Of a DNA stretch of 64,000 nucleotides, positions 10,601-19,980 are shown piece after piece; the stretch's first letter is position 1; each line of letters starts with the position of its first letter. The notes below the pieces were generated by a model that saw only the letters and a list, made by a program, of their open reading frames with translations, was not told where the DNA came from and ran no database searches. The position numbers and the translations under genes are program-made. Source of the stretch: Trypanosoma brucei. Its lineage: Eukaryota. Location of the stretch: the NCBI GenBank assembly GCA_000002445.1, contig CM000207.1, positions 416,001 through 480,000 on the forward strand. Direction: 5' to 3'.

Positions 10601-11128
10601 ATTGCTGATTTGCCCTCTCAGTTCGGCGAAACCACGGCTCATCATTTTGGAGAGAGCTTCCGCCTCTGTATTTGAGCATTCTTGTCCTGTAGACGCGCTC
10701 GGTTTCTGTTTCTCGAGTTTGTGGACGCGATCGCGCAACCTTCTGCTCTCCTCCCTCAGATCACGTACTTCACACATAATTCCATTCACGGTGTTACAGA
10801 CAGACGATGTAGATTCTTGCCGACGATGTTGCGTCAAAAGCACTATTTTAGACATTTCATCGGTATTCTCCCTTTGTTTGCAAATAATGTCCTTAAGAAT
10901 TTTGTCATTATCCCGCTGGTATTTCAGGAAACCTTCGCATAACGAATGAGTGTTGCTTATGTCGTTGTTTAACTGGCGTAAAAATATTCGTAAAACGGCT
11001 GGAATGTTCAACCACTCCTCATCATTATTTAGTGTTGCCTCCCTTGCGCTAAACGTCATCGAACAAAGTTTAGAAGAGTAACTAATAGACAAGTGGGCGG
11101 TAAATTTTACCAGTTTCCTCAGCAACAA
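7685..11128 (-). CDS. Large hypothetical coiled-coil protein of 1147 aa.
   Basis: The ORF is long, uninterrupted and rich in E/L/R/K/Q with heptad-like periodicity throughout (for example DINQLREEIALVSRKQLDLSSKYREDIQ, LRDRVHKLEKQK). I recognise no enzymatic motifs. The upstream gap to the next gene is only about 84 bp (11129-11212), so the true start may be the internal Met at MTFSAREATL (about 11059). Confidence 0.65.
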   Translation of the reverse strand: MLLRKLVKFTAHLSISYSSKLCSMTFSAREATLNNDEEWLNIPAVLRIFLRQLNNDISNTHSLCEGFLKYQRDNDKILKDIICKQRENTDEMSKIVLLTQHRRQESTSSVCNTVNGIMCEVRDLREESRRLRDRVHKLEKQKPSASTGQECSNTEAEALSKMMSRGFAELRGQISNDSSSVSRDINQLREEIALVSRKQLDLSSKYREDIQCVNAALRQLENSVFGEINAIKAQLQDHRKLLDAVNEDNTKVSAVVSMHDKNVSALNDRLDTMVSLVRDSGISTDDRFETIFTALRRLQALTGKLSTPPSQSTLAQRSLASIIQEIRGAHDVMAVELRDAINQKFDEVTKETDQLNIKVDEMRRATGEVTRQLNHFGAPSGAKAKIEDAFRRLDALELVISKGYIRGEVENLLEESMRHERAALERKYQDLCSLISEQQMKARDDVGDVRHELENLNNKFGSVLSDVNRNRYMDERLRSVIEKVGSHDSSITNLRDEVNAFKNIVGVYGSLAAMPSMDDSVHVGSATGKANCSAVQHLREMVMALTENQICELKLLVHGNQTKLVQHEAQLKEMFRLLVSCENVVEEHTNSYYRFVTSMDKKLSAALSNSAFLREQTVTLGAQSTSAYPFKEPSSPYGCVDEGKGADARPYNAQPPHTLLCVQEQAWATDSRFGSIQTVLNGFESNMKLMSQSVASVLDRVCANEEKLRRDSSDLRDEHEKLRSRFCMLEEKLNTLEGITSLNKKSSDMNASDILKLGASVETLHTETKKLEKAFLGCIRKASEEWSDVSASVAAFSTFLEKHKHERNAVLDKFAPIEGRLVICEEELSRLRSSWLGLTAQFEETRRSVENSTQLEPRPEGDCSVHQSSLLSLEQRIDCAEENLGAVHTLVSVHLNDALDFMRSCLGMLATAVDDIDTKLSAPPSLPTADGVSDQLVTLGGRLQRVENEVTELRGGGTIIASQPVGDTVLDRILSLERALTACSDGFMETKVSLSLCHEQIKYIEKHLKTGAVHHAVEEETTPVITDTPLAKDGNTTLGTVVERLVTAEAAVSEVQQGLLAQRNDLCALYTKSQLDSRFESLWASFVALLARKEDQEVIDEKMVDLQRSILEDVDVRVDTLRRELNCAIGERVRITEVRELLLGLMG

Positions 11129-11212
11129 GACTCAATCACACTCAGTTTTCTTTTTTTCGCATACTTCGCCAAAATGGGAGAAGTACCCAGGAAACAATAT
11201 CAAGAATTGGGT

Positions 11213-12436
11213 CTAGTGTAGACCGTACCCACTCTCAGTTACCATTTTAATGTTGTGCTGGCGGAAAAAATTCATGTAATTCCAGAACTCGTATGGGTTT
11301 ATGGCATAATAAACCTGGTGATCTCTGACGTCAGCAAAATGGACATTCCTTAAGGCGGGTCTTACACGACCCATATCCATCATGAATTTGAATTTGTAGT
11401 ACCAGTCTTGTTTCCGTAGCAACCCAGGAACAAATACTAAGCTGTGCACTCCATTAAGATTCCGTATCTTGTCCTGCGGACGATCCAATGGCCTGAAGGG
11501 TGTGCCAGACCGTCCCAGGATCGCAGTGACACTGATTGCCACATCTTTATGCTCCATAACAGTACGTAGAGCAACATATGCTCCATTCCCCTTCCCAAAT
11601 AAATGAACTCTTCCGTGCTCAACATTGAAATTTTCCACAATCCAATCACAGAATCGAGCGACTATAGCCTCCACTGGAATTTGAAAATTGTGCTTAATAT
11701 TGATCACTGGGGCAACGACAACCCACTTTTGCTCCGTCATTAACTGTCGATGCACCGGCCTTTCAAAGAAATTGGCACACACATCCTCAAAATCTCTTGC
11801 AACACCTCGGTGGTCTGGGAGGACAACCATGTATGGGCACTGGTCCGTTTTTGACCAACCAGAGGGAACAATCATGCTAAAAACCATCGGAGAGGGGTCT
11901 TCGTCTGGACTGAAGGCACTGTGATCAACACAATCAGCCTGTCCTTCAACGAGGGCTAAACCGGTGCTCATCGGATATAAGGCACGCAACTCGTACTCAT
12001 TAGGAATTCGCGTATTTTTTGGAAGTCTGCGGAAAGATGTCTCGTTCGGGACATAGCTCACCTCCGGCTGAGGAACCCGAACAACCTTACGCCGACCACG
12101 GTCGCTAACGGAATCAGAGGTTGCATCTTTTCTCTTAGAACCGATGTATGGTCCCTCCTGGGAGAAAAGGTACTTCAGTTGGTTCATCTCAACAAAAACA
12201 TTTTCCTTCTCTGATACGGGGTGGACATCGCCTAATTTAATTCCCCCATGTTTGTCCTCATATATTTGATTAGGAATGTTAACCTCGCTGATAACGACAG
12301 CCTCACGGACAGATGAGTCTTTCAGAGAATCCTCGCCAACAGGATCTACATTTTCTACGCAACTTGTCCGCAACAGGCGCACGTGCATGAGCAAACTTTG
12401 CCTAATACAGCTTCTCGCACATAGCCTACGATACAT
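11213..12436 (-). CDS. Hypothetical protein, possibly alpha/beta-hydrolase-fold-like. The start is uncertain; the tracked ORF begins at 12547, and MYRRL (12436) or MHVRLL (12388) are alternative starts.
   Basis: The segment KWVVVAPV...GRVHLFGKGNGAYVALRTVMEHKDVAISVTAILGRSG resembles an esterase/lipase strand-elbow-helix, but with GKGNG where the GxSxG nucleophile elbow would be. The first about 37 codons of the tracked ORF cover a CA/TG-rich low-complexity stretch (about 12440-12470) that looks like flank. Confidence 0.5.
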   Translation of the reverse strand: MYRRLCARSCIRQSLLMHVRLLRTSCVENVDPVGEDSLKDSSVREAVVISEVNIPNQIYEDKHGGIKLGDVHPVSEKENVFVEMNQLKYLFSQEGPYIGSKRKDATSDSVSDRGRRKVVRVPQPEVSYVPNETSFRRLPKNTRIPNEYELRALYPMSTGLALVEGQADCVDHSAFSPDEDPSPMVFSMIVPSGWSKTDQCPYMVVLPDHRGVARDFEDVCANFFERPVHRQLMTEQKWVVVAPVINIKHNFQIPVEAIVARFCDWIVENFNVEHGRVHLFGKGNGAYVALRTVMEHKDVAISVTAILGRSGTPFRPLDRPQDKIRNLNGVHSLVFVPGLLRKQDWYYKFKFMMDMGRVRPALRNVHFADVRDHQVYYAINPYEFWNYMNFFRQHNIKMVTESGYGLH

Positions 12437-13131
12437 CTTCAAGGGCGTATGTGCGTGTGTGTATGTGTGTTTAAAAGCAAACAAAGAAGGTAATATCACG
12501 GACTTTCTATCAGGACAACTGGAGGGTGAGACAACAATTGAAAACAAATAGCAAAGTGCTTGAAGTCACCAAACGATATTAATTTCAAATGCGTTATAAA
12601 ACTAAGCTACCATAAAATTGAAGCATATCACCGTTTGAAATAAATCACTAATTACAAAGCCGTAGTTTACTACCCCCTGTCCTCATGTCCGGCAGGTGGT
12701 GTCAGTAACTATACAGCACTCTCAACAATGGAAACGAAAACAATGTTGCACACCTCCTAGCACAGTGGAAAAAACTACGGGCAAAAGTGGCTTCAAATTT
12801 TCGTGTGCAGTAAAACGAATGAAAAAATAGAGAGCACGTAACAACTTTCTCGTGTACGAGACCTCTTTCAGAATTTACGAATACCAAGAAGTACACTAGA
12901 TAACAGTTTTAGCTCGTACACTACGCTAATATAAAATAAAGTGGCACAAAGGAGAAACCCGGGATGCTCCGGCACAAGTGGTTCAAAAACATAGCATAAA
13001 CAAATAAGGGTTACCTAACCGACAAGGGCGCTGAGGCAATAATGGAATTTAAAAACATTCTGAATGTAGTTACACACATACCAGCTACACCATCAGGTCA
13101 AGGAACATAGTTTCGTTTTTTCCCGGCTTCG

Positions 13132-13953
13132 CTACTTCCAAGTTAAAGAATAAAGATCATGACGGACTCCACTCAGTATTGGAATCATGTTTCTTGTTGT
13201 TTTGACCATGTTTATGTCCAAATCCGCATCAAAATAAGTTTCTCCCTCATCAGCCATGGCAATTACCCTCCCCATTGGGTCCACAATTATCGAATGACCC
13301 CATGCCACGTACTCTCCCCCTGCATCACGAGCAGGGGAACACATGATAACAAACTGTTGGTTGTCCACAGCACGAGACTTGGCAGCGATTTCCCAGTGCG
13401 CTGGCCCAGTTACCATGTTAAACGCAGCGGGGTAAACCAGGAAAGAGGTTCCCTCCGCTGCGTACTTCCACGCCAAAAACGGAAACCGCACATCAAAACA
13501 TATACCAAGTCCGAACTTTACGTCGCCCTCGATAGTGACGGGTGTGGCGTCCGATCCCGCAGAGAGGACTTCTCCCTCATCCATTTTGAGTGTATCGGTA
13601 TTGATTCGAAAGAGGTGGACCTTGCGGTGGATATGCTTTAAGTCTCCTCTAGGGTCGAATACCATCGCCGAGTTAAACAGCTTCCCTTCCAACCTTTCCG
13701 GTATGCTCCCTGCAACAACCCAAACCGAGTTCTCCCTTGCTACTTTGGACATAGCATCAAATGTAGGAAACCCCGCTTGTACCTCCTCCGAATACTCCGC
13801 GAAGTACTTCGTCCCATATGGGCAATTGAAGCACTCGGGCAACACCACAAAGTCAGTACCGCGCTTCGCTGCAGCAGCAATCATTTCCACAGCTTTGCGA
13901 ATATTGGCTTCCTTGGACTTACCAACAGTCATCTGACACAAAGTAACGCGCAT
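13132..13953 (-). CDS. Carbon-nitrogen hydrolase (nitrilase superfamily), omega-amidase / Nit2-like.
   Basis: The 273-aa protein has the Glu-Lys-Cys catalytic triad in canonical contexts: VVLPECFN (Glu), HRKVHLF (Lys) and GLGICFDVRFP (Cys). Its overall length and motif order match Nit2/omega-amidases. Confidence 0.85.
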   Translation of the reverse strand: MRVTLCQMTVGKSKEANIRKAVEMIAAAAKRGTDFVVLPECFNCPYGTKYFAEYSEEVQAGFPTFDAMSKVARENSVWVVAGSIPERLEGKLFNSAMVFDPRGDLKHIHRKVHLFRINTDTLKMDEGEVLSAGSDATPVTIEGDVKFGLGICFDVRFPFLAWKYAAEGTSFLVYPAAFNMVTGPAHWEIAAKSRAVDNQQFVIMCSPARDAGGEYVAWGHSIIVDPMGRVIAMADEGETYFDADLDINMVKTTRNMIPILSGVRHDLYSLTWK

Positions 13954-14695
13954 TCTGACTTACCTCCCCCTTTAACTCCTAGTGGAACCAATATTTTGTG
14001 TTTGTCCTATTGTATTTCTAGTTTTTTCTTTTTTGTAATCGTATAAATTGATTTATCCCTTCGCAGTAACAAATGATGTCTGAAGCCCCTTTATTACCTC
14101 CTCTAACTGAAAGGTCCTTGAAAAGCTTAGACAAGATCGAAGAGGAATATTTTCCATTATAGTATCTACGGCGCTTCTCGAAGGAAGTCTCATCGAATTA
14201 TGCATTACAAAACAAACCAGAAAGTAAGCACAACAAATTCATTAGTCACATAGCACTTTATACAGGCAGCTGCGCATGTTACGCCAATGCAACCATACTT
14301 GATAACGGTGAAGGAAGAGCGGCTTCTCCACAAAAAACTCCAGGGTCGATCATACACAAGACCCCGTCCACGGTTCCACTGGGCCGGTTCGTCGTAAAGA
14401 CACTCGCTATTGCAGTGCAGAAAATATAAGATAACTTAAAGCAGCGGGCACACAATCACAGCAACAACGCCTTGTGTGCATAAAACCGGGGGGAAAAGCA
14501 GCGACGCAACGTTAATCTAGCGCATTCATGTAGCATTTTCTGCTGCTGACGCAAGCGTTCACGTAGCATTCCCCAGTGAACTTCCCTACTAGTCACTTTT
14601 GCAAAACAAAAAAATCGACACCACCTTGCAACTCCCAATAAATCACAAAACCGACTCAAATATTGCTCAAACACCACAAAGCCATCTTCGCGCAG

Positions 14696-14745
14696 TGCCA
14701 GGGTCCAGCACCCCGCCTCATCGGGGGAAGCCAAGAGTCAGCAGA
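14696..14745 (+). promoter_or_regulatory. Pr77-like internal promoter/5' hallmark of L1Tc-family retroelements, partial because the first about 25-30 nt appear missing or diverged.
   Basis: The sequence tgccagggtccagcaccccgcctcatcgggggaagccaagagtcagcag is compared from memory with the published Pr77 consensus (..TGCCAGGGTCCAGTACCCCGTATCATCGGGGGAAGCCAAGAGCCAGCAGC). An exact alignment against L1Tc/ingi references is needed. Confidence 0.5.
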
Positions 14746-14813
14746 GTTCCTTTCATGGGGAACACTGCTGTGCTCCGGCTACGGCATCATACAGCACAGG
14801 GATCAGCAGCGTC

Positions 14814-15473
14814 TTGCTGGGACACCGTTTTTTATTTGTCGATCCCTGGGCACGTGCCATCAGTAGTATCATCCGCACTAAGATGCTGCTGTCCGGTGAT
14901 GTGGAAGAGAATCCCGGCCCGTCGTTTCGCGGGATGCAGTGGAACTGCGCCGGGCTATCTCAAGGAAAGAGATTAGCACTCCACAAAACCCTTGTTGATG
15001 AGCGGATTGCCTTTTGTCTGTTGAGCGAGACAAGGATGACGCCTGGAGAGGCGGCTTGCTTTAGCGTTGCTGGCTACCAACATCACGTAATAGCTCGTAA
15101 CTGCAAAGGAGGTGCTATATCAATACTAGTGAGGGAGGACCTGCCAGTCGAGACCGGTATGGTCGTCGTTGGTCGCATTGAACAAGTGCATGCAACAATT
15201 CACCTTGCACGTGGAACGGCGCTGACTGTCACGTCGGCACACATCCCACCAAAACACACCTTCACGGCAACTGACCTAGATACGCTTCTGACGACTGACG
15301 GTGCCCAGCTCATCGGTGCAGACGCTAACGCACACGCGTTGGCATGGGATCGCGCGAGCCCACCAAATACCAAGGGTGAAACCCTCACACAGTGGTGCAT
15401 TGACAACCAGTTTCTGGTCTGCAACACTGGTGAGTGCACAAGATACGCGCCACCACGGGGAGTCCACCCCTGA
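14814..15473 (+). pseudogene. Retroelement ORF fragment carrying an N-terminal 2A peptide plus an AP (apurinic/apyrimidinic) endonuclease domain. It is frame-disrupted relative to the downstream RT ORF.
   Basis: The 219-aa ORF reads MLLSGDVEENPGPSFRGMQWNCAGLSQGKRLALHKTLVDERIAFCLLSETR..., an exonuclease-endonuclease-phosphatase fold signature. It ends at a TGA while the alternate frame continues (..HHGESTPDVTLSRNCRVYTWISLYSPDSDHH), which indicates a 1-nt indel. Confidence 0.75.
14898..14921 (+). other. Viral-type 2A 'ribosome-skipping' motif D-V-E-E-N-P-G-P near the N-terminus of the retroelement polyprotein.
   Basis: The sequence gatgtggaagagaatcccggcccg encodes DVEENPGP, preceded by LLSG; the canonical 2A C-terminal consensus is D(V/I)ExNPGP. 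Functional 2A sequences are established at this position in L1Tc/ingi elements. Confidence 0.7.
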
Positions 15474-17640
15474 TGTGACACTGTCAAGGAATTGTAGAGT
15501 GTACACGTGGATATCGCTGTATTCTCCCGATAGCGATCACCATCACATATTTTTCGACGTTATCGTTGGAGACGAAACAGATGCGCTGAGCTGCCCGCGG
15601 CCTCGAAAGCCCATGTACGCATGGCTAAAAGCTGACTGGAGGAATTTCCGTCTGAAGGTTGACGAGTACTGCAGGAAAATTGGTAGAAAGAAGAACGTCA
15701 ACACCCTGGAACAGAAATTGAGCTCCGCCATCCGCATTGCGACGAAGGTCTCCGTCCCCCGTGGCTGCAGAGCAACGCCACCACATTGGACACCTGCGCT
15801 CGCGAAACTCGATGAAGAGATCGCTGGATGCGGACCCTCCCACCGAAGGGAAAAGTTGGTAGCCACGCGTAAGCAGATCCTGGACCGTACCACAAAGAAG
15901 AGATGGAGCACGCTATGCTCCAGACTTGCGGTGTCAGACCGCTGCAGTTGGCACATTGTCAAGAAGGTATATGCACCACGACCACTAACCACACCGGCGG
16001 CGCTGGTTGATAACGCGGCCATCACGGACTACCGTCAAGCTGAGAGGTTCATTAAACTGTACTCGTCCCGCGCAAGAAGACACCCCGACTCACACCCACC
16101 GGCACCCATAAAGACGACAGCGAGTGAGTTCAGTCCCATCACGATGGCTGAACTACGGAGATCGATCAAACTGCTACCGAGTGGATCCGCAGCCGGACCT
16201 GATTGCTTATACAACGAGGCACTACAACATATCGGTAGAACAGCGCTGAATGTTGTTCTGAGGCTATTCAACGAGAGCCTACGAACGGGAGTCGTGCCGC
16301 CTGCATGGAAGACTGGTGTTATCATCCCCATCCTGAAGGCCGGAAAAAAGGCGGAGGACCTCAAATCTTACAGGCCTATGACACTCACGAGCTGTCTCTG
16401 CAAAGTCATGGAACGCATAATTGCCGCGAGGCTTAGAGACACTGTTGAGTCCCAGCTGACGCCGCAGCAATCAGGCTTTCGCCCCGGATGCTCAACGCTC
16501 GAACAACTCCTGCACGTCCGTGCTGCCCTCTGCCGTCCCACGCACCAATATCGTACGGGTGCTGTATTCGTCGACTACTCGAAGGCATTCGATACAGTAG
16601 ACCATGACAAAATTGCGAGGGAAATGCACAGAATGAAGGCATCACCCCACATTGTGAAGTGGTGCGTATCATTTCCGAGTAACCGAACTGGCAGAGTGAG
16701 ATTCAAGGAGAAGCTTTCCAGAAGCAGAACATTTGAGCGAGGAGTGCCACAAGGAACTGTCCTTGGCCCAATCATGTTCATTATTGTCATGAACTCGTTG
16801 AGCCAATGCCTTGCAGAAGTGCCGTTACTGCAGCACGGATTCTTTGCAGACGACCTAACGCTACTTGCGAGGCACACAGAGAGGGATGTCATCAACCACA
16901 CGCTACAATGCGGCCTAAACGTGGTGTTACAGTGGTCAAAAGAGTACTTCATGTCTATCAATGTAGCGAAAACAAAGTTCACACTCTTCGGGTGTATAGA
17001 GCGCCACCCCCTTACATTACAACTGGACGGCGAAAGAATAGGAGCTGACAGGACACCGAAGCTTCTAGGAGTAACATTCCAGTGTCTGCAAGGGATGGCA
17101 ACACATGCGACCGAAACGGGACGCAAGATGGACTTCAGACTACTGCAGATAGCGGCCATCTCAGCTTCTACATGGGGGCCAAGAAGACAAGTACTGAGAG
17201 CTTTTTATCTAGCACTCGTACAGGCACACACCATGTATGGCATTGAGGTATGGTACTGGTATGCTTGGAAACGAAGTCGCGACCTCCTTGCAGCAGCGCA
17301 ACACAAAGCCAGTCGCATCATAGCTGGCATACCGCATGGGACGCGCGAAGAGGACTCTCTGCTGGAAGAAAACCTCCTGCCACTCAAGACGACCACTCTT
17401 GTGCGCAGCATGAAATTCATGCTGATGTGTGAGTCACGAGGCGGATGTTTGCGCTGCAGTGCTGAGGAAGTATACCGCAGCAAACACCCAGTCAGAGCCC
17501 TACATTCCCGCAGCATGCGGTCCTACCCCCACCTCCGCATTGAGCCATGGAAACAACCACTTTGGCCGGCGGTTCTTCAATGTAACTGCAGGACGATATT
17601 TTACACATGGGACAAGCCCGTGGGCAACGGGCACCCCTGA
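15301..17640 (+). pseudogene. Retroelement reverse-transcriptase ORF (non-LTR RT domain). Its N-terminus carries the tail of the APE domain in a shifted frame, and it stops before any recognisable RNase H/zinc-finger region.
   Basis: The ORF is 779 aa. RT motifs are visible in order: PILKAGKK..YRPMTLTSCLCKVMERI (finger/palm), a central motif at FVDYSKAFDTVDH, and the catalytic F/YxDD at HGFFADDLTLLA (16841-16870). Downstream frames (17429-18550) are fragmented. Confidence 0.8.
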
Positions 17641-19980
17641 CGATATGAAAAAGGAAGCTTCTGAGAAATGTGTAAAAAGCAAACGCAAAAGACAAATGGA
17701 GGAGGGTTCATACGCCGAAAAAAATAGGGATATTCAATAAGATGGACTCAAAAGTTTCAACAGATGGTGAGTTTAGGCAGTTCGTCCGGCGCAGAAATGG
17801 TAATCTTCGGCAACATGGAAAAATACAGAATTAAAGGGATAGCGGAATATTGGGATGCAGTCATTGTGCGGAAGCAGTGCCAATGGAAAAGATGCTAAAC
17901 ACGGTACTGGACACAATGAAAGGCAGAGTCGCGTGGAGGATGGAATCCCGAGCCGCGTATGGAAGGGTGATTTTCACAGTCAGTTAAAAGAATGAGGTGA
18001 TTTCTATGCAGCTTATTTTCTTCCACCACGTTGTTTGGAAAGAGAGTGCAATATCAGATGAGATTACAGTCAAAAACAACTGCAGAAAGGCACACCTAAC
18101 GTGTAAAGTTGATATTTTGGTGGGAGACATGAAACAGAAGCGTAACAAAAGAACACGCTGCATTCGAAGCTGGATAAGGGCGAAACGCGCACAGCAGTCT
18201 TGGCGGCACTCAACTCGACCCGAGGAAGCTGCAACCCACCAGCATGGAGAAAATTATATCCGACTTGTTCCGTGCAGGTGCCCCCAAGCACCTTGTGCGA
18301 TTCCGAAGGACTACCGTTCCTAATAAGCAGGGGAACAAATGCGGATGCCACAGCATTCAAGAAGAAATTGAGAGAAAACGGCCCTACACATATCGAAAGA
18401 ACTAGGCGCAACGTGGCTATTCCTGAACTTAGAGGGAAGAATTCGGCTTCTGGTGACGTTGCCAGAGTGCAGTTTGATATGATAATGACGACATGCGGCG
18501 GACAACCACGCGGTAAAAAGGCACGATCATATGGTATTCTTCACTGATATGTTAAACGTGAAGTACACGGACAAACATGAGGGAGTAACCATATCAGGAA
18601 AGGTGAGCAGAAGGAAGCGGAGGGAATAAGAAGGTTAGCGCCGTGAAGGTGCAACGGTGCTTCCCTGGTGGCGGAAGAGTTGCTGGAAATATGGGCGGCG
18701 AAACCATCACATTGCGTCCAAACGTAATGCTAATGGGAGGGACTCCGTACGGCAAAGCAATGTGGGGAGGGGGACGGAATGCAGCAGCCATAAGAACGTT
18801 TACAGAAGAGGGAACGAGGATATTAACCGTGCCATTTGAACATCACACTCTATTGGCGTGTTTAAGTTCACGTCTCAAAAAGGTTGGTCTGGCGAGGCGC
18901 CTGTGATGAGTGCGCGGTTGCGGAGGGAAGTCCGCGACCATTAAAAAACCAGGGTCCCAAAGACCCTCCGGCGGTCCGCACAGAAAGTCAGCAGTACAAA
19001 CGCTAGGGAATAAAATAGGGCACGTGAGTGCAGGAGAGCAGCAGCTACGCTCGCACGTAAAACTGGCAGCGTTCCAACTGAAGCTCTACAGGTCGCTGAA
19101 CGGGCACAAAACCATCATCGCGGACAACGGAACGGAATCAAAGGAAAGGAGCTGTCCAATGACCTCTCGCCTTCTTTTGGCAACCATTCTCGACCCTACT
19201 CCACAGCAGTATCGCACTCTTGAACGGCGTCAAAGGTTCCCTGCCTAAATGAACGCGTTTTCAAGGTAATCGAAGGTTGTCCAGTGGCTTCGGGGGTGCA
19301 CGTGTGCGAAGCGGTCTTACTTGCTCGAGGTTTTGTATAATGAAGTGGTTTTCACTGTGATGGGGCACCGACGGCCGCACAGGTTAAGCGCCTAACTTGA
19401 AAAAGTATTTACTCTCTTTTTTTTTTTTTTGCATCAACCTTTACTAACTGTTGATTGCAATGCACTGCCGCCATTGAGCTACCTAATCGCACTGCTGTGC
19501 CGTGGTGGGGGATTTCCCCTCTCCGTGGTTGGTGCCTTTTTGTAAACATCAACAAACGGTAGTGGAGGTGGTGTTAGGGAGAAACGTACCAACAGTTTAC
19601 GAAGGGGTAAGGAGAGATGCAGTCAGCCGGGAACGACGATAGTGTCCGATCCGGTTCATGACTGAGGGAACGAGAGAACATGCGACACAGGACGCCCACT
19701 TCGCAATTTTTTTAAAAAATTGGTGCGTGTTTATAACTATAAGCAAAACACTTGTAATTGTTCACTCATGTGGGTGCGCACTACCCACATATCTGTCTAG
19801 GAAGAGGTAAAAGACGTGGGAAATATGATTTTCATGAAGCTGAATCTCGGTGGCGCTTGAGGACGGAAATCGCCTTCCCACCGCGGTTTGTAGACTGTAT
19901 GGCTTTTCCTCCCTTAGTAGCAATCGCTGCACACGTACACACACAAAAAAAAAAGGAACATTAGACCGAGAATCTTCCGA

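Larger units (their letters stand above)
14690..17740 (+). mobile_element. Degenerate L1Tc/ingi-clade non-LTR retrotransposon (5' end, AP-endonuclease and RT core). The decayed 3' portion may extend to about 19.4 kb, and the 3' boundary cannot be placed from sequence.
   Basis: It is the only plus-strand coding feature in the window. The 5' end at 14696-14745 (tgccagggtccagcaccccgcctcatcgggggaagccaagagtcagcag) matches, from memory, the 3' two-thirds of the conserved Pr77 first-77-nt signature of L1Tc/ingi. It is followed by an ORF with the 2A motif DVEENPGP, an APE-type endonuclease domain (WNCAGLS, LLSETR, SDHHHIFF) and an RT domain (PDCLYNEALQH, FADDLTLLA). These ORFs are split into different frames, with a 1-nt frame slip near 15430-15470, and the RNase H/C2H2 tail is not intact. 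Confidence 0.8.

Noticed and set aside
8571-10949. Plus-strand ORFs of 170-176 aa inside the coiled-coil gene
   Set aside because: They are antisense shadows of a long minus-strand CDS and are Ser/Leu-rich, as expected for the reverse complement of E/K/Q-rich coding sequence.
14456-14734. 92-aa minus-strand ORF upstream of or overlapping the retroelement 5' end
   Set aside because: It overlaps the Pr77-like segment and has no motifs. It is likely a chance ORF in the insertion-site flank.
15200-17516. Multiple minus-strand ORFs of 60-190 aa inside the retroelement
   Set aside because: They are antisense to the APE/RT reading frames, have no motifs, and are the only minus-strand ORFs without a purine-rich upstream tract.
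17700-19400. Short plus-strand ORFs (for example 17997-18323, 18200-18547, 18910-19248) as candidate RNase H / C2H2 domains of the retroelement
   Set aside because: I could not recognise RNase H (DEDD) or CxxC...HxxxH spacing with any confidence. They are treated as decayed tail sequence of unknown extent rather than annotated domains.
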